DNA of 26,865 nucleotides from a virus (Duplodnaviria; Heunggongvirae; Uroviricota; Caudoviricetes): IMG/VR virus record IMGVR_UViG_2541047935_000004; one strand, 5' to 3'. Shown piece by piece: positions 23,103 to 26,865 of this stretch (position 1 is its first letter; each line of letters starts with the position of its first letter). The notes under the pieces were generated by a model. It saw only the letters and a program-made list of their open reading frames with translations, ran no database searches and was not told where the DNA came from. The position numbers and the translations under genes were made by a program.

Positions 23103-24414
23103 TCTCCCGCATATTGCCAGCATGGCCTTTAATGAGCCGCTGATGCTTGAACCCGCCTATGCGCGGGTTTTCTTTTGTGCGCTTGCAGGCCAGCTTGGGA
23201 TCAGCCGCCTGACGGATGCGGTGTCCGGCGACAGCCTGACTGCCCAGGAGGCACTCGCGACGCTGGCATTATCCGGTGATGATGACGGACCACGACAGGC
23301 CCGCAGTTATCAGGTCATGAACGGCATCGCCGTGCTGCCGGTGTCCGGCACGCTGGTCAGCCGGACGCGGGCGCTGCAGCCGTACTCGGGGATGACCGGT
23401 TACAACGGCATTATCGCCCGTCTGCAACAGGCTGCCAGCGACCCGATGGTGGACGGCATTCTGCTCGATATGGACACGCCAGGCGGAATGGTGGCGGGAG
23501 CATTTGACTGCGCTGACATCATCGCCCGTGTGCGTGACATAAAGCCGGTATGGGCGCTGGCCAACGACATGAACTGCAGTGCAGGTCAACTGCTTGCCAG
23601 CGCCGCCTCCCGACGTCTGGTCACGCAGACCGCCCGGACAGGCTCCATCGGCGTCATGATGGCTCACAGTAATTACGGCACTGCGCTGGAGAAACAGGGC
23701 GTGGAAATCACGCTGATTTACAGCGGCAGCCATAAGGTGGATGGCAACCCCTACAGCCATCTACCGGATGATGTCCGGGAAACACTGCAGTCCCGGATGG
23801 ATGCAACCCGCCGGATGTTTGCGCAGAAGGTGTCGGCATATACCGGCCTGTCCGTGCAGGCTGTGCTGGATACCGAGGCAGCAGTGTACAGCGGTCAGGA
23901 GGCCATTGATGCCGGACTGGCTGATGAACTTGTTAACAGCACCGATGCGATCACCGTCATGCGTGAGGCACTGGATGCACGTAAATCCCGTCTCTCAGGA
24001 GGGCGAATGACCAAAGAGACTCAATCAACAACTGTTTCAGCCACTGCTTCGCAGGCTGACGTTACTGACGTGGTGCCAGCGACGGAGGGCGAAAACGCCA
24101 GCGCGGCGCAGCCGGACGTGAACGCGCAGATCACCGCAGCGGTTGCGGCAGAAAACAGCCGCATTATGGGGATCCTCAACTGTGAGGAGGCTCACGGACG
24201 CGAAGAACAGGCGCGCGTTCTGGCAGAAACCCCCGGAATGACCGTGGAAACGGCCCGCCGCATTCTGGCTGCAGCACCACAGAGTGCACAGGCGCGCAGT
24301 GACACTGCGCTGGATCGTCTGATGCAGGGTGCACCGGCACCGCTGGCTGCAGGTAACCTGGCATCTGATACCAATAAAGAATTACTTAATACACCTGAAG
24401 CTTTACCGGTATAA
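23083..24414 (+). CDS. C: Head maturation protease / minor capsid protein C
   Basis: GTG start at 23083 overlapping the last 20 nt of B, as in lambda; VTAELRNLPHIASMAFNEPLMLEPAYARVFFCALAGQLGIS... matches lambda gpC. The track's longer ORF from 22969 is an upstream in-frame extension. Confidence 0.9.
23797..24414 (+). CDS. nu3: Scaffolding protein Nu3, in-frame internal start within C
   Basis: Internal ATG at 23797 gives MDATRRMFAQKVSAYTGLSVQAVLDTEAAVYSGQEAIDAGLADELVN..., matching remembered lambda Nu3, nested in the C frame. Confidence 0.8.
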   Translation: MDATRRMFAQKVSAYTGLSVQAVLDTEAAVYSGQEAIDAGLADELVNSTDAITVMREALDARKSRLSGGRMTKETQSTTVSATASQADVTDVVPATEGENASAAQPDVNAQITAAVAAENSRIMGILNCEEAHGREEQARVLAETPGMTVETARRILAAAPQSAQARSDTALDRLMQGAPAPLAAGNLASDTNKELLNTPEALPV

Positions 24415-24423
24415 GAGGCAGTT

Positions 24424-24756
24424 ATGGCGACAAAAGAAGAGTTTAACCATTACCAGCCGCTGGGTAACAGTGATCCGGCTCATACAGCAATTGCGCCTGG
24501 CGGATTGAGTGCGAAAACGCCTGCAATGACCCCGCTGATGCTGGATGGCACTACCCGTAAGCTGGTTGTGTGGGATGGCACCACCGACGGTGCAGCCGTT
24601 GGCATTCTGGCGGTTGCTGCTGACCAGACCAGCACCACACTGACGTTCTACAAGTCCGGCTCGTTCCGTTATGAGGATGTGCTCTGGCCGGAGGCTGCCA
24701 GCGACGAGACTAAAAAACGGACCGCGTTTGCCGGAACGGCAATCAGCATCGTTTAA
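24424..24756 (+). CDS. D: Head decoration protein D
   Basis: 110-aa [113 protein letters not shown], lambda gpD-like. Confidence 0.97.
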   Translation: MATKEEFNHYQPLGNSDPAHTAIAPGGLSAKTPAMTPLMLDGTTRKLVVWDGTTDGAAVGILAVAADQTSTTLTFYKSGSFRYEDVLWPEAASDETKKRTAFAGTAISIV

Positions 24757-24776
24757 TCTTCCCCTTCATCAACAAA

Positions 24777-24798
24777 GGCCGCCTGTGCGGCTTTTTTT
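24777..24798 (+). terminator. Intrinsic terminator/attenuator hairpin between D and E
   Basis: GGCCGC-CTGT-GCGGC stem-loop (5 GC pairs, extendable) followed immediately by TTTTTTT at 24792..24798. Confidence 0.5.
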
Positions 24799-24811
24799 AT
24801 GGAAATAATTT

Positions 24812-25837
24812 ATGTCTGTATATACAACCGCAGAATTACTGGCATCGACCCAGCATCACTTTAAGTTCGATCCGCTGTTTCTGCGCCTGTTTTTCCGTGA
24901 AACCTATCCTTTCACCACGGAAAAAGTCTATCTCTCACAAATTCCGGGACTGGTAAACATGGCGCTGTACGTTTCGCCGATTGTTTCCGGTGAGGTTATC
25001 CGATCCCGTGGCGGCTCCACCTCTGAATTTACGCCGGGTTATGTCAAACCCAAGCATGAGGTGAATCCGCAGATGACCCTGCGTCGCCTGCCGGATGAAG
25101 ATCCGCAGAACCTGGCTGACCCGGCTTACCGTCGTCGCCGTATTATTCGGCAGAATATGCTGGATGAAAATCTGGCGATTGCCCAGGTCGAAGAGATGCA
25201 GGCAGTTTCTGCCGTGCTTAAGGGCAAATATACCATGACCGGTGAAGCCTTCGATCCGGTTGAGGTGGATATGGGCCGCAGTGAGGCGAATAACATCACG
25301 CAGTCCGGCGGCACGGAGTGGAGCAAGCGTGACAAGTCCACGTATGACCCGACCGACGATATCGAAGCCTACGCGCTGAACGCCAGCGGTGTGGTGAATA
25401 TCATCGTGTTTGATCCGAAAGGCTGGGCGCTGTTCCGTTCCTTCAAAGCCGTCAAGGAGAAGCTGGATACCCGTCGCGGCTCTCATTCCGAGCTGGAGAC
25501 AGCGGTAAAAGACTTGGGCAAAGCGGTGTCCTATAAGGGAATGTATGGCGATGTGGCCATCGTCGTGTATTCCGGACAGTACGTGGAAAACGGCGTCAAA
25601 AAGAACTTCCTGCCGGACAACACGATGGTGCTGGGGAACACTCAGGCTCGCGGTCTGCGCACCTATGGCTGCATTCAGGATGCGGACGCACAGCGCGAAG
25701 GCATTAACGCCTCTGCCCGTTACCCGAAAAACTGGGTGACCACCGGCGATCCGGCGCGTGAGTTCACCATGATTCAGTCAGCACCGCTGATGCTGCTGGC
25801 TGATCCTGATGAGTTCGTGTCCGTACAACTGGCGTAA
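24812..25837 (+). CDS. E: Major capsid protein E
   Basis: 341-aa ORF, near-identical by eye to lambda gpE (...FKFDPLFLRLFFRETYPFTTEKVYLSQIPGLVNMALYVSPIVSGEVIRSRGGSTSEFTPGYVKPKHEV...). Confidence 0.97.
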   Translation: MSVYTTAELLASTQHHFKFDPLFLRLFFRETYPFTTEKVYLSQIPGLVNMALYVSPIVSGEVIRSRGGSTSEFTPGYVKPKHEVNPQMTLRRLPDEDPQNLADPAYRRRRIIRQNMLDENLAIAQVEEMQAVSAVLKGKYTMTGEAFDPVEVDMGRSEANNITQSGGTEWSKRDKSTYDPTDDIEAYALNASGVVNIIVFDPKGWALFRSFKAVKEKLDTRRGSHSELETAVKDLGKAVSYKGMYGDVAIVVYSGQYVENGVKKNFLPDNTMVLGNTQARGLRTYGCIQDADAQREGINASARYPKNWVTTGDPAREFTMIQSAPLMLLADPDEFVSVQLA

Positions 25838-25877
25838 TCATGGCCCTTCGGGGCCATTTCTCTCGGTGGAGGAGTCC

Positions 25878-26273
25878 ATGACGAAAGATGAACTGATTGC
25901 CCGTCTCCGCTCGCTGGGTGAACAACTGAACCGTGATGTCAGCCTGACGGGGACGAAAGAAGAACTGGCGCTCCGTGTGGCAGAGCTGGAAGAGGAGCTT
26001 GATGACACGGATGACGCTGCCGGTCAGGACACATCTGTCAGCCCGGAAAATGCGCTGACCGGACATGAAAATGAGGTGGTATCAGCGCAGCCGGATACCG
26101 TGACTGATACGGCTGATCTGGTCACGGTTGTGGCACTGGTGACGCTGCATACTGATGCACTTCACGCCACGCGGGATGAACCTGTGGCATTTGTGCTGCC
26201 GGGAACGGCGTTCCGTGTCTCTGCCGGTGTGGCAGCTGAAATGACAGAGCGCGGCCTGGCCAGAATGCAATAA
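25878..26273 (+). CDS. FI: Head assembly/DNA packaging protein FI
   Basis: ATG at 25878 preceded by GGTGGAGGAG; MTKDELIARLRSLGEQLNRDVSLTGTKEELALRVAELEEELDD... matches lambda gpFI. The track ORF from 25809 is an upstream extension. Confidence 0.95.
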   Translation: MTKDELIARLRSLGEQLNRDVSLTGTKEELALRVAELEEELDDTDDAAGQDTSVSPENALTGHENEVVSAQPDTVTDTADLVTVVALVTLHTDALHATRDEPVAFVLPGTAFRVSAGVAAEMTERGLARMQ

Positions 26274-26284
26274 CGGGAGGCGCT

Positions 26285-26638
26285 GTGGCTGATTTCGATA
26301 ACCTGTTCGATGCTGCCATTGCCCGCGCCGATGAAACGATACGCGGGTACATGGGAACGTCAGCCACCATGACATCCGGTGAGCAGTCCGGTGCTGTGAT
26401 ACGTGGTGTTTTTGATGACCCTGAAAATATCAGCTATGCCGGACAGGGCGTGCGCGTTGAAGGCTCCAGCCCGTCCCTGTTTGTCCGGACTGATGATGTG
26501 CGGCAGCTGCGGCGCGGCGACACGCTGACCATCGGTGAGGAAAACTTCTGGATAGACCGGATTTCGCCGGATGATGGCGGAAGCTGTCATCTCTGGCTTG
26601 GGCGGGGCGTACCGCCTGCCGTTAACCGTCGCCGCTGA
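26285..26638 (+). CDS. FII: Head-tail connector protein FII
   Basis: 117-aa ORF MADFDNLFDAAIARADETIRGYMGTSATMTSGEQSGAVIRGVFDDPENISYAGQGVRVEGSSPSLFVRTDDVRQLRRGDTLTIGEENFWIDRISPDDGGSCHLWLGRGVPPAVNRRR, lambda gpFII-like. Confidence 0.95.
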   Translation: MADFDNLFDAAIARADETIRGYMGTSATMTSGEQSGAVIRGVFDDPENISYAGQGVRVEGSSPSLFVRTDDVRQLRRGDTLTIGEENFWIDRISPDDGGSCHLWLGRGVPPAVNRRR

Positions 26639-26649
26639 AAGGGGGATGT

Positions 26650-26865
26650 ATGGCCATAAAAGGTCTTGAGCAGGCCGTTGAAAACCTCAGCCGTATCAGC
26701 AGAACGGCGGTGCCCGGTGCCGCCGCAATGGCCATTAACCGCGTTGCTTCATCCGCGATATCGCAGTCGGCGTCACAGGTTGCCCGTGAGACAAAGGTAC
26801 GCCGGAAACTGGTAAAGGAAAGGGCCAGGCTGAAAAGGGCCACGGTCAAAAATCCGCAGGCCAGA
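26650..26865 (+). CDS. Z: Tail assembly protein Z, 5' part only (runs off the window end)
   Basis: ATG at 26650; translation MAIKGLEQAVENLSRISRTAVPGAAAMAINRVASSAISQSASQVARETKVRRKLVKERARLKRATVKNPQAR matches the lambda gpZ N-terminus. No stop within the window, so it is absent from the ORF track. Confidence 0.85.
   Translation, partial: MAIKGLEQAVENLSRISRTAVPGAAAMAINRVASSAISQSASQVARETKVRRKLVKERARLKRATVKNPQAR

Noticed and set aside
23269-23760. 163-aa minus-strand ORF
   Set aside because: Antisense within the C/Nu3 coding region.
24935-25486. 183-aa minus-strand ORF
   Set aside because: Antisense within the major capsid gene E.

Overview
This window covers most of a defective lambda-like prophage from an enterobacterial host, read from the integrase end toward the head genes. 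All calls come from reading the ORF translations and DNA by eye against remembered family sequences; no database search, folding or GC computation was run. Order: a frameshifted lambda-family int and a truncated xis remnant (1..1247); a three-deep nested stack of insertion sequences (IS911-like element 1248..5825, interrupted at 2175 by an IS110-family element, itself interrupted at 3174 by IS100) sitting where the whole early/immunity region should be and abutting the first codons of replication gene O; O (frameshifted, with five ori iterons) and P; an AT-rich cargo block carrying a 1302-aa invasin-family inverse autotransporter and a convergent lipoprotein esterase; ninB-ninE-ybcO-rusA-ylcG and a non-lambda Q-like gene; a late promoter/terminator region; a lysis cassette with a non-lambda holin followed by lambda-type R, Rz, Rz1 and bor; a TonB-C-like lipoprotein gene and an unassigned stretch; an intact lambda cos site; and lambda-type Nu1, A, W, B, C/Nu3, D, E, FI, FII and the start of Z. 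No rRNA, tRNA or CRISPR array was seen. The most notable items are the IS110-family element with a split junction promoter and a long 5' leader that may encode a bridge RNA, and the prophage-borne adhesin/esterase cargo.
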